In this document: positions 23,727 through 33,000 of the stretch, piece by piece
Layout of the letters: each line of letters starts with the position of its first letter
Numbering within the stretch: position 1 is the first letter of the stretch
Assembly (NCBI GenBank): GCA_964036045.1
Contig: OZ038378.1
Coordinates: forward strand, 20,305,001 to 20,338,000
Direction of reading: 5' to 3'
Source: Eutreptiella sp. 'Long Island Sound 2002'
Taxonomy: Eukaryota > Protista > Euglenida
Length of the DNA: 33,000 bases
Position numbers and translations under genes: made by a program
Notes under the pieces: generated by a model
What the model saw: only the letters and a program-made list of their open reading frames with translations
Told to the model about the DNA's origin: nothing
The model's database searches: none

Positions 23727-23808
23727 CGTGTTCAGCAGGACTCGAACCTGCGCGTGAAGATCACAGTGGATTTCTAGTCCACCCCCGTAACCACTTGGGT
23801 ATGAACAC
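23727..23808 (-). tRNA. tRNA-Ser(AGA): tRNA-Ser, anticodon AGA, type II (long variable arm), intronic
   Basis: 82-nt cloverleaf on the minus strand: acceptor stem GTGTTCA/TGAACAC, discriminator G, D-arm CCC-AAGTGGTTAC-GGG, anticodon arm GTGGA-CTAGAAA-TCCAC, variable arm GTGA-TCT-TCAC, T-arm GCAGG-TTCGAGT-CCTGC. No encoded CCA. Confidence 0.95.
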
Positions 23809-23926
23809 TGCTGATGTGCGACGTTTTCGCACAACATAGGACCCCACGAATACACGACAGGTAGTTATTGGTTTCCTTGTGCACTTGTACGTTCCTTCGT
23901 GCGCCCTCTCATGCACTAAAGCACAC

Positions 23927-24199
23927 CGATGAGCATCATGTTGGGATGCGCCACTGCGACTGCGGCGGCCAGCCGCCTTCATAGCCACCTCATCACGCGG
24001 AATCCGCTGCGATTTGGGCGTTGGATTGCGACCTGTGCTCTCTTGCGCCTTTGTGCTGATCTGTGATGCCGAAGCCGTCCGCGGAGTGGAAGGCCGCAAT
24101 CCACTATCGCTCGCCGGGGCATCAGCGCTTTTGCTGCGTGCGAACCGAGGGACACGGGGCTTCCGGGCGGGAAGTGCTGGTTCTTCAACTGGAGGCTTT
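23927..24199 (-). CDS. Host gene exon G, R/S/P-rich: KPPVEEPALPARKPRVPRFARSKSADAPASDSGLRPSTPRTASASQ...SQHDAH(R)
   Basis: Acceptor ttttcatgtatttcag|, donor CATCG|GTGTGC. 273 nt, phase 2 to 2, no stops. Confidence 0.75.
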
Positions 24200-24801
24200 C
24201 TGAAATACATGAAAATATAGCTACGAATGACGTCGTGACCGGCGTGCATGGATCGCGACTGAGGTGTGGGGGTCATGTGGCAGTGCCTACCTGGGTGCGT
24301 GCGCGCTGCTTGTGTGTGTGCGTGCGGCCCGCGCGCGCATTTGTGTGCCAAGGCAACAATTGCAGACATCCCGTCCCGCCCCGTTGCCTGGGCGCGCGCA
24401 CATGCGTGCGCCTGTCAGTACAGATAAATTGTATCTGCGTGCGGACGCAACGAACCAATGCTCCGAGCCCACTATTCTATCCATTTCAGGTTAGTGGCGA
24501 AACAAAGGCGTGGGACTGAACACATGCAGTACTAGAATATTGGGGAAGGCCATTGCAGTGTTATGTGTTGTCCGTCACATACATACGTACATCAATCATT
24601 GCACTCTAACGATCCACACATGGGCGAAATTGTATCACGAAGCTGACGAACGAGGTGACTTGGAAAGAAGGCATCCAAACGGAACGTCTGCATGAATGGT
24701 CGTGCACAACACACGCGCAACCGGCCACATACATGGACGCATATATGGACGCACGCACGCACACCACCGACAACAGACGGCCACACCTGAGGGGCTGTGA
24801 C

Positions 24802-24897
24802 CGATAAGTGGCGCAGCCACTGCCAAACGCAACAGGAGTAGGTTTGCGGACCGTAACCCCAGGCGGAACTTTGCTGCTCGAAGTGGCTTCACATGAC
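24802..24897 (-). CDS. Host gene exon F: SCEATSSSKVPPGVTVRKPTPVAFGSGCATY(R)
   Basis: Acceptor gtgccttcag|, donor TATCG|GTCACA. 96 nt, phase 2 to 2, joins exon G in frame. Confidence 0.65.
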
Positions 24898-24977
24898 CTG
24901 AAGGCACCCAAGCGCTCGTGCACCAAAACTCAGCAATACTCAAAGAGGAGGAGAAATGTACGGGTCATGACTGGCGT

Positions 24978-25048
24978 GTGTGTGCATCATGACTGACATG
25001 TGTGTGCATCATGACTGACATGTGTGTGCATCATGACTGACATGTGTG
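24978..25048. repeat. Three perfect 22-bp tandem units GTGTGTGCATCATGACTGACAT
   Basis: Units at 24978, 25000 and 25022, with partial tcatgactggcg copies on both sides. Confidence 0.95.
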
Positions 25049-26460
25049 GATCGCGACTTGGATCATGACTGGCGAGTCTGGATCGTGACAAACATGTGCA
25101 AGGCAATGGTGATGAGTCTCTAAAAAAAACCGACGAACTGATGGGGCACTTGGAGCGGGGATGTACGTGTGTTCCCCACGAGACCTATCACCTTCCCGTA
25201 GGGGTCATGGCGTCATGGAAGGGTAACCGTGCAATGCACCACCTGATTGCCTTCCCCCGCCCCATGCTCAGACCCCATCCCAAGCCCACCCCCCTTATGA
25301 TTGCCGCGCAGCGACTGAGAGCCCCCCCCCCCCCCACAACGCACTGTACAATCTGTGACTCCTTGAACTTAGTACACCCCAGAGATTGTGCCCTCCGTTA
25401 TTGCACGGCGAGCGAGCGAATGTGCACAGGCAGACTAGTGAGAAATTATTCAGGTTTACTGGGGTCTCATTTGGGGTCTCCTCCGTTCATTTGAGAGCAG
25501 CGTCGGGAAAACATCCGAAATTGGTGGAAACGATCCGTAATTGAAAAGCATCCCAAATGAGTCAAAATGACCAGTGCACTTGTCAAAAGTGAAAAGGCAA
25601 TGAAAGTGATTGGGCAATGATTTCGATGAAGAAAAGTCGTTGAAAGCCTTTGAAATGAGGGAAGAAGCATTTGTGCAAAGTGGAACACCCTTTAGACGGG
25701 GTGAAAGATCACTTGAAATGAGTGAAGAAACCATTGACATGAGGTGAAAAAGCACAGCGAGGGGGGGGGGCTTTGGAGGATGTGAGAGCCCCCAAGCTTG
25801 GCTCCGTGACGGAAATACACCACGCGCACATGTGCGCTTAACCGATGGAAGATGGCGATCCAACAACGGCAGTCCACGCTTCCATTACATTCTCACTGCG
25901 TTTTCGTCGCACCTGCGCATTTCCACTGGGTTTCCACTGCGTTTCTGCCACCAACCGTTGCCCAACAGCTGTCCGGTGCCTCGCACTGCATTTGGGCCAC
26001 AGTCAATGTGGATACTGCTTGCACCCGTGGTTTTTTTTCGGCCTCCTAAATCCTGCGTCTGCACCACGCTCCCACATGGGCACCACCAGCCAAATTTCAA
26101 GTTTCGGCACTAACTTCGGTGCCAAACAGTCGGCCGGCCGCAATGCTGTCCTCTTCTGCCCGTCCATGGACGCTGCAGCACCCACGGGGAAAAAAAGCCG
26201 CAACGCTCCAGCCTGGGGCACGGCGCACGGCACATGATCTTTTTTATAGACTCAGTTGTTTGCGATCTTCAAGACTCCCCGATACAGTCACAGGATTTGT
26301 CGTCGATGCAAACCCAAATCAGTTCGAAAAAGGCAACGAAAGAATTTTCCATCGCGCGGCACATTCCCTGCCTACTTTGTTTGAGAATCACCATCTGATG
26401 GCACAAAAGAAGAACGGCAGAACCCATCTTGACGGCCACGTTGGTTCAGCAATTGCATAC

Positions 26461-26512
26461 TGAATGTATTGTGGGACATGTGTTGGTGCTTGTTTTGGTT
26501 GTGTTTCCATTT
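26461..26512 (-). CDS. Candidate small exon E': (E)METQPKQAPTHVPQYI(Q)
   Basis: Acceptor actgctgtag|, donor CA|GTATGC. 52 nt, open in phase 1 to 2. Its relationship to exon E is unresolved (see findings). Confidence 0.4.
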
Positions 26513-26664
26513 CTACAGCAGTGTCCGGTCATCGCGGAACGTTGACCGTAACCGTCAGCGGTTGACCGCCAACCACCGGCCGGAAGCCGACACTACCGGA
26601 ACCGGCAATGGAAAGCACATCCAACGCGATAACCTGCACCGGGCTCGACACTCGCCAGACATAC

Positions 26665-26728
26665 TTGAGGTTGGACGCGGAAGTAGATCTCCTGCTGGCA
26701 CGGCGTGGTGTAACCTTCACACGGGGAC
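26665..26728 (-). CDS. Host gene exon E: (G)PRVKVTPRRASRRSTSASNL
   Basis: Acceptor gttggctgtag|, donor AA|GTATGT. 64 nt, phase 1 to 2, which supplies the phase change needed between exon C/D and exon F. Confidence 0.6.
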
Positions 26729-26911
26729 CTACAGCCAACACAAGATGGCTGGTGGAGGGCCATAGAAGTGAGGCCGAGCAGGAACCGGGTGAACAAATGG
26801 TGCCTGGGGCTACACCTCAGCGCCCCTCGTGTCGGTAGCTGAGCCCCACTGTGATCGATTGGTTTGTGACTAAGGTCAAGGCTTCGCAGCGCGGCCGTGT
26901 GTGGTCTGTAC

Positions 26912-26998
26912 CGTGGAGGAGGTCCTCCACCTCCCGATAAAGCGTGTGGGGCTTCCTCCGCTTTGCACGGCGCGCGCCGGGGGTCTCGAACCAGAGCA
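26912..26998 (-). CDS. Host gene candidate exon D: (V)LWFETPGARRAKRRKPHTLYREVEDLLH
   Basis: 87 nt, phase 1 to 1, donor CACG|GTACAG. The acceptor (aaacggag|) is weak, so the 5' boundary is uncertain. Confidence 0.4.
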
Positions 26999-27366
26999 CT
27001 CCGTTTTTGGCAACACAAACCCATCATGGGAGAGTTCAAAAATTATGGGCCACTGCAGCAGCCAGAGAGGGACACAGATGATGGCAGCGCTGAGAGACAC
27101 ACCAATGAACCAAGGCGGGCTTTTTGGCCGGCAAGGTCCGCGCTCCTTGTCCATGAGGGATTTTGAGTCGGACGGGGCGTTTCCAGTAAGGGCCCCGCTT
27201 TTAGGACAGCTGTCCATTACTCACACGCATAAGGGCTTGAAGACGAAATTTTCCCACGGTTTGGGCCGGAATCACCAGACCCTCCGGCCTTGCACACCCT
27301 TGGGCCACGCCACACCTCTGAATAGTCCCTGACTCCAAGCAAAGAGGGGGGGCTGGTGCAAGGTAC

Positions 27367-27606
27367 CGTGCAAAATGGCGTTCTTCGTCTGCCAAACGTC
27401 CAGAACACGCGCTGCAATAGCAGGGGACTCGGGGCTTTCGCTACCAAGGAAATCCCGCATCTGTGCTGCCACTTCTTGCACAGTGATGTCCAGGTTCCCA
27501 TGAGTCAGCACGTGATTCCTGACGATGGAGATAGCGTCCTCTGTGAGCCCAGATCGGTCAAAGGCCCCGTACTCAGAATCTTCCGGGTGCGTGATCTCCA
27601 CTGCGG
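27367..27606 (-). CDS. Host gene exon C, DEK_C-like helical domain: AVEITHPEDSEYGAFDRSGLTEDAISIVRNHVLTHGNLDITVQEVAAQMRDFLGSESPESPAIAARVLDVWQTKNAILH
   Basis: Long pyrimidine-rich tract ending gttgcag|, donor CACG|GTACC. 240 nt, phase 1 to 1, matching exon B. The TEDAI..V..VL...NLD.ITV..V..QM...LG pattern resembles the DEK C-terminal domain (PF08766) as recalled; not searched. Confidence 0.75.
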
Positions 27607-30089
27607 CTGCAACACGGATGTGAGGAGGAGGATAGAGCATCGAGGGGGTCGGACATGGGAAGAGAAAGGACGACCACACAGAACGTGCATGGGGAAAGAC
27701 GAGAGCGTGGAGTAAGGTCGGGCGCTGCGAGGGCGCTACTGAGCCAGTGACACCACCTCAGGCTGATAGGTAGAGTGCCCCGGCGATCTCCGGACTCCAG
27801 CGAAGCATTGTTATTACTGCTTCCCCTTGGGGGAATCCCTGCCGGCTCGCAGGGCTGCACCTCACCACAGTGGATAGTAGAAGTAAAAGTAAATGCATGA
27901 ACCTTGTGGTGCAAATCGGCAATTTGGTGCAAATTTGTGTGCGGTCCATTGGTTGATGGTTGGGTTGGCCTGGTCGCTCGGCGGGTCGCTGGGCTGGTGT
28001 CAACAATGCTGTCCGTCATCCATGTCTGCGCACACATCCCAACCCACCCATACCCTTCAGGTGTGCAACATATCACACTGCATGTGTTGGTGATGCATGT
28101 TTTCAGTTTCAGTGACACTACTGTTCCATCAGCCGCATCAAAAATTAACAGCCAATTGAAGCACAAGGATTGACTGTGCTGAACCCGAACCCTTCCAACG
28201 TTCTATGGCAGAAGGGACTCAATGCACGATGCCCGTACTTGGTCACAACAAGGGGGCCTGGGACCTTGAGCCCGCATCGCTGGGGGCGCGGGGGGCGGGG
28301 GGGGGGGGGAAGAATTTCCGCCCTGGAAGAGTTCTCCGGGGTATTTTTCCTGAGGAAAGGGGGTATCTCCAGCGATTGGCTGGGGGCAGTCAGTCCTCCC
28401 GAAGGCTCTTTGACCGGGTCTGGTAAGTCATGTCCAGAGTGCGCCGGAGGCTTCGGGCTTCGGGTGCAAGAGTACGCCGGGCTGCCATACTGTGCCGGTT
28501 TGCCCAGAGACGGGGATGAACATGAAGGAGGATTCCCGGAATGGCAGCCCAAGGGTGGCCTCTCCACCTCAAGGTTGGCCTGTTGTGGCCAAAGGGAGAC
28601 TGTTTTGGCTGTAACATGGCTTCGTTGGCGCTTGTTCACGTTGTACATGCAAGTATACGCTGGTGGATGGAGGTGGACGAGAGGTGGATTGCGCAGCACC
28701 ATCTGAAGTGTCCTGTCCCAGGCGACCTGGCAATCCCCCTTGGCTCACTTGCTGAGTAAGGGGCCAGAATGCAGTGCTTAGATGGTGGTGGAAGGCTTCC
28801 CCACCTGAGCATTTCGATGGGGACGATTTGGCCACCCCTGGGCCTCCCATCCCGAAGAATGCCCCGCCAGTGGCCCAACCAGCACAACCATGAGTCAATG
28901 GGGGGCCCAGTGAGCAAGCCCGTCATCAGTTACAAAGCACCTTGACATTGTACAAAAGAACCAGCTCAGCGATGCTTGATGCGCTTGTGGCTCATCTTGA
29001 GACAGTGGTGACATCGACGGCCACTCCCTCTTATCCTCCTTCGAGCGCGGGCACACGGGGCCTGAGACGCTGCTGTGCTACACGTGCTCTCAGACTCAGT
29101 CTCAGTGGACTGGTAAAAGCTGACCGCGGTGGCCGTGTCCGCTGTTGGTGGTGTGCCGGGGGGTGCTACAACCGCCCCCCTCCACCCAACCACACACATC
29201 TCATACTGACTCAAGTCTGAAAGAAAGAATCCACAGGTACAGCGAGGATGCTGGCATCAGGATATGTGCGTGTCTGTTTAGGGGGGTGGCGCTTAACCAA
29301 ACGCCGAGAGCAACCTGGATTACAAGCAATGGTTTGCAGAGAGAGGCCAGGCCTCGCATGCCGGCCCTGCCCGCACAGCCCCCACTCGCTGACCACACAT
29401 CGGTTGTGGAATCACCCTGTAGAGAGCCCCAAACAGAGACGGCCACAGGTGTGGGCATCTGGGATTCAGGACGCGGTCGGTGCACATGTGCTGTACCTGG
29501 GTGCATGTCCTTGTCCTGCTGAGAGGGAGGAAAGGCCGCAATGGGAACACAGCGGAAACATTACTGCAGTGCCAACAGAGCAGTAGAGGTGATGTATCTC
29601 AGTGGGCGCCTTAATCTTGTTGAATTCCATTGGTTGTCTCACACACATCTACTGAGCATGGCTTTACAAGCGAAGATATTGGCATGAAGGGCTGACATAC
29701 CATGCGGTGTCACTTGGTATTAAGACACTCTCAGTTCGGAAGAAATCAATTTGAGGGCTGCATTGATTGGAGAATGCCAGCGTAATTCCCTTGTCCAACC
29801 TATGCCTTGTCTAAATACTCTTGAGACAGCAATTTTTGGGGGTACTGAAAAATTTTCGGCACCAATCTTACTGTCACCATCGGAGGCAGCTTCCTTTGTG
29901 TGATTCTGTTAATTGGCTGGGTGTAGACCACCGCGGGCACATCAGCACTGGGGCATTGCGTGTCTAGCTGGCTCCGACCGGGTTGAGAGCCCCAGGCACG
30001 GCTTTCGAGCTAGTCGCCACAAGACCCTTTGCCAAAAATACTCATAAATAAATAATTTCCCCCACATCACACCACAGAACTCGCGTGAC

Positions 30090-30367
30090 CTGGTTGAACG
30101 GAATCCAGCGTTGTCGGCATCATCCTGGGAGGCAAGCCGACATCGATGGATTCCACTGTGAAAGGGTGCGCATCGGGATCTCTAGAAGCAGAGGACGATA
30201 TGCTTCCCCCGTTTTGTGGTTGTTGGGCTTGCATTTGGGTGTAGAACGCAGAGAAACTGTGCAGCTGCTCTGCAGTGTAGTCTGCAGGAGTTGGGCCGTT
30301 GCTGGTGGTGCCCCTTGTAGATGTTGCTGCGGGCGGTGCTTTGGACTGCGTCGAAGTATAGACAGGC
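30090..30367 (-). CDS. Host gene exon B: PVYTSTQSKAPPAATSTRG...DYTAEQLHSFSAFYTQMQAQQPQ...TTLDSVQP
   Basis: Acceptor gcttctctgcag| and donor CCAG|GTCACG. 278 nt, phase 2 to 1, no stops, natural low-complexity composition. Confidence 0.75.
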
Positions 30368-30454
30368 CTGCAGAGAAGCATAACAGGGGGGACAAACATG
30401 CTGTTGAGCAACTGCGTCAGTTCCACTGATTCTCTGACTGAAAACGTGCTCGCT

Positions 30455-30860
30455 TGCCCCCCTGCGTGACATTCCGTCTGGTTGTTGCTCCTTTACGGGG
30501 CCCTGGACAGTCACCCGTTCTTCCCTTCGCATGTTGCGTCGGGTTGCTGCTTTCTGTCGGCCGCTGGGGCCAGTGCTCTTGCTGGTGGTGTTTCCGCGTT
30601 CGCGGAGCCCAGTAGTTGGTGTGTTGGGGCTGTGCTGAATGTGGCATGGTGTGCCGTTTGCGCGTCAGTGGCACCCAATAATTGGCGTATTGAGGATGTG
30701 CTGGTTGTTGGCGGGGTCGTTCGACTGTTTTTGCTGTCCACGCGCCTCTGTCCACAGGCCGTCCGTAGCTTGCCTCGCTGTGTTTCTGTGTGCGTGAGGC
30801 CCAGGTGCCCTGTTCCTCCACGCGCTGTCCCGGCCGTCCACCATATGCCCTTTTCCCCCT
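30455..30860. mobile_element. Intronic pyrimidine/G-rich segment with an internal 66-bp-spaced direct repeat; probable interspersed repeat (SINE or LINE end)
   Basis: cccagtagttggtgtgttggggctgtgctg (30608) and cccaataattggcgtattgaggatgtgctg (30674). Only one copy in the window, so interspersed status is inferred. Confidence 0.35.
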
Positions 30861-31918
30861 CACGGCTGGTCTGCCCCTGATGGGCTCCCGCTCCTGTTGC
30901 GCAAACAGCCCATCTGGGCTGCGGGAGACACCCCCCACCTGATGCCGGTTGAGCAGGGGTTGCCCTGGCACCCGGTAGCGACGGGGCTGGCTGGCCAAGC
31001 CATCCCCTTTATTGTCGCTGCCTCCAATGCGCACGCTCCACCATCCGCTCCATTCTGGTTCCCAGTTCCTGCTGTTCTGGTTGCCTCTCCTGCCTCGCTG
31101 TGCCCCTCCTCCTTGTCTGGTGTGCTCGCCCTTGTACCTCCTGGTGTGGCTCCCGCGTTCTGTGTTGCTCCTCCCCTTGTCTGTTGGCGCTCTTGGGTGC
31201 CCCTGTCGCGCACCCCCTCCTGTCCCACCCACCTGCCCCCCCGTACGAGGATTTCACATCTCCGTGCGACGTGGACTGTCCCATGCGCGGTTGGCTGGTC
31301 ACGGCCCTGTTGCCACCCCCGTGGCGGGCACCTCCCGGCGCGCGGGGTGCTGCTCCCGCCCTTGTGGAGTACGTGGGCACCTTGTAGAGGGAGAGGGGGG
31401 GGTGTTTGCTGATGGCTTGCTTGGTGTGCACCGCATTTGGTGGTTGCTGCAGTGCTCGCACCTCATGGTCCCCTTGTGTATTGTTGTGTGTCCTGTTGGG
31501 GCTCGTCTCACTGCCGTGTGTGGGACGGCTCTGTGCCCAGTTGCTTTGCTGCTTGCGTTCCTCCCAATTTCGCCCCCCCCCCCATGAAAGGCGAACACGC
31601 ACGTACACCCGGAAATAACAACCTGCATACTCGTTGAGCCAGGCACCCCCCACATCCCCACTTAAACTTCCACACAGCCCCACCTGGCGACCCCCTCATT
31701 TTCGCCTGACTCCTCACGCATCCGCCCTGCCCCCCCCCCCCCCCCTTTCCGACAAGCTCCCCAGCCGTTTTTCCCCGACCCACCAGGGGTTCGGAATAAT
31801 TTTTTTTCTTTTGTTCGGAAATATTCGGAAATGTTCGGAATGGTGAAAAAAACACTTTTCTGCCCTTCCTCGCGGTTTCTAGATGCTTGTTATTTTTATT
31901 ATTGTTATTATTGTTCTT

Positions 31919-32036
31919 GGTGCCTTTTGGATGCGTACTGTTCAGCCCTGGTGCCTTCTGGACATTTGCTGTTTATGCATGGTGCCTTCAGGATGCTTAC
32001 TGTTACTTCCCCATGCTTTGTGGATGCTTGCCGTTT
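31919..32036. repeat. Four diverged 31-bp tandem units (GGTGCCTTYWGGATGCTTACTGTT core)
   Basis: Units start at 31919, 31950, 31981 and 32012. Confidence 0.8.
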
Positions 32037-32813
32037 TTTGTACCACGGTTTCTCGGTTGTGATGTTTGGTTCCCTGCTTTGTGTTGCTTGCTGCAGTTAC
32101 TCAGATGGGAACTCATCAGGAGCAGACATGGATGTATGAAAAGGGCTACAAAACCAACACAATCCAATGACAGCAAATCAAAAGGAAAAGGCTGCAGATC
32201 AGACCAAAACCCCAAATTCGGAAAAGATTGGGAGATGTCGGAATACTTGAAATTCTCAGCTCTCACTCTGGTTTGGAAATGTTTGGAAAATTTCGGAAGT
32301 ATTCGGATCCGAACCAGTGGGAAACCCTGCAGTAACTGCCATTTTGGGCGATCCCAGCTTTGAACACGAACAAGTACCGTGCATGCCTCAATACTACCCT
32401 GCAGCAGAGGAGACGGCATATTGTGTCAATGCGGCTTTCTTGTGGAGTCTCAGGCAATTGGAAAACCTGGCGATTGCCCGCGCACTGCAAAGGCTTCATC
32501 CATGTGAATGCCCTCGACAAGGAAACACGATCAACAACCAGCCGCACAGAAGGCCACAAGACCCAGATGCAAAATTTTTGACAACGGCTGTTGACCATAC
32601 GAAAACACACACGGGCCCTAGTTTGTCCCGACCTTTGCTCGGATACACCAAAGGCCCTTGAGGCAAAATCGAAGCAATTGAACCCACTGGAAGGTGCCCA
32701 CTTGTACGCGTTTCGGCCCTGTCAGCTGCAAACAATCAACAACGCCAGATTTCCATTTTCCCATGGCCGCACACGTCCTCGCCCTCCCCTCTACGCTGCC
32801 TCTGGGCCCATAC

Positions 32814-33000
32814 TTAAAAGGTGATGTTGCCGCTTGGGGCTTGGGGGCTGCTGTGGCCGTTGGCTGAGGCCTTGGTGCGTCGCCCGGGTACCCGCTTCTG
32901 CCTTTTCTGGTGTCCGCCGGGGGGTTCTTCGGCCTTGTCGAGGCAGATGCGGGGTCCTGCGCCGGGACAGCGCCCTGCGCAGGCACCGGGGCTGGCACCG
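32814..33000 (-). CDS. Host gene exon A (5'-partial, runs off window); Pro/Ala-rich ...PAPVPAQGAVPAQDPASASTRPKNPPAD...AAPKPQAATSPF(K)
   Basis: Open frame from the window edge. Ends at donor TTTAA|GTATGG in phase 2, matching the phase-2 start of exon B (AA|G = Lys). Confidence 0.7.
   Translation of the reverse strand, partial: GASPGACAGRCPGAGPRICLDKAEEPPGGHQKRQKRVPGRRTKASANGHSSPQAPSGNITF

Noticed and set aside
24978-25048. CRISPR-like array (22-bp repeats; also the 31-bp array at 31919)
   Set aside because: Units are directly tandem with no unique spacers, there are no cas genes, and the context is eukaryotic.
26240-26838. Plus-strand peptide with LPDTVTGFVVDANP and TGLDTRQTYLRLD, recalling a viral capsid C-terminus
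   Set aside because: It has in-frame stops and a Cys-rich antisense-like middle, and it overlaps minus-strand exons with good splice sites and matching phases.
21407-27606. Alternative genetic code (UGA as sense)
   Set aside because: All well-supported exons are free of TGA and use TGG for Trp; TGA-containing frames are explained by introns or CGA-to-TGA decay.
27356-27715. Plus ORF with RGLGAFATKEIP (SET-domain start motif)
   Set aside because: It is the antisense shadow of exon C, and the remaining SET motifs (NHSC, ELxxDY) are absent.
27950-28166. LIFDAADGTVV..GP as a retropepsin-like protease
   Set aside because: The catalytic D(T/S)G is absent and there is no gag/pol context.
30417-31683. 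Long minus-strand ORFs (271 and 224 aa), R/G/Q-rich
   Set aside because: Open frames arise from strand-biased low-complexity repeat sequence; no domain motif or compatible splice sites.

Overview
This is eukaryotic, repeat-rich genomic DNA. It looks like a large-genome protist, possibly a euglenid, but that is inference and cannot be proven from the window. The right third (33000 to ~21400, minus strand) holds one multi-exon protein-coding gene whose 5' part lies outside the window. I rebuilt it by hand: 13-15 GT-AG exons join in one reading frame. The product has a Pro/Ala/Ser-rich region, a DEK_C-like helical domain, an R/S-rich linker, a short coiled coil and an unidentified C-terminal region. 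An intact tRNA-Ser(AGA) sits in one intron on the same strand. Intron sizes fall from ~2.4 kb to 28-117 nt along the gene. The left two-thirds is mostly non-coding: long (GT)n/(TA)n/(CA)n microsatellites, 160-bp and 30-bp tandem repeats, a ~1.9 kb AT-rich island, and decayed retroelement and DNA-transposon fragments. It also has one isolated exon resembling the dynein heavy-chain stalk/MTBD motif and a 200-N assembly gap. I found no CRISPR array, rRNA or intact mobile element. Most ORFs in the supplied track are shadows of repeats or antisense frames. All family assignments come from visual motif recall, not database searches.
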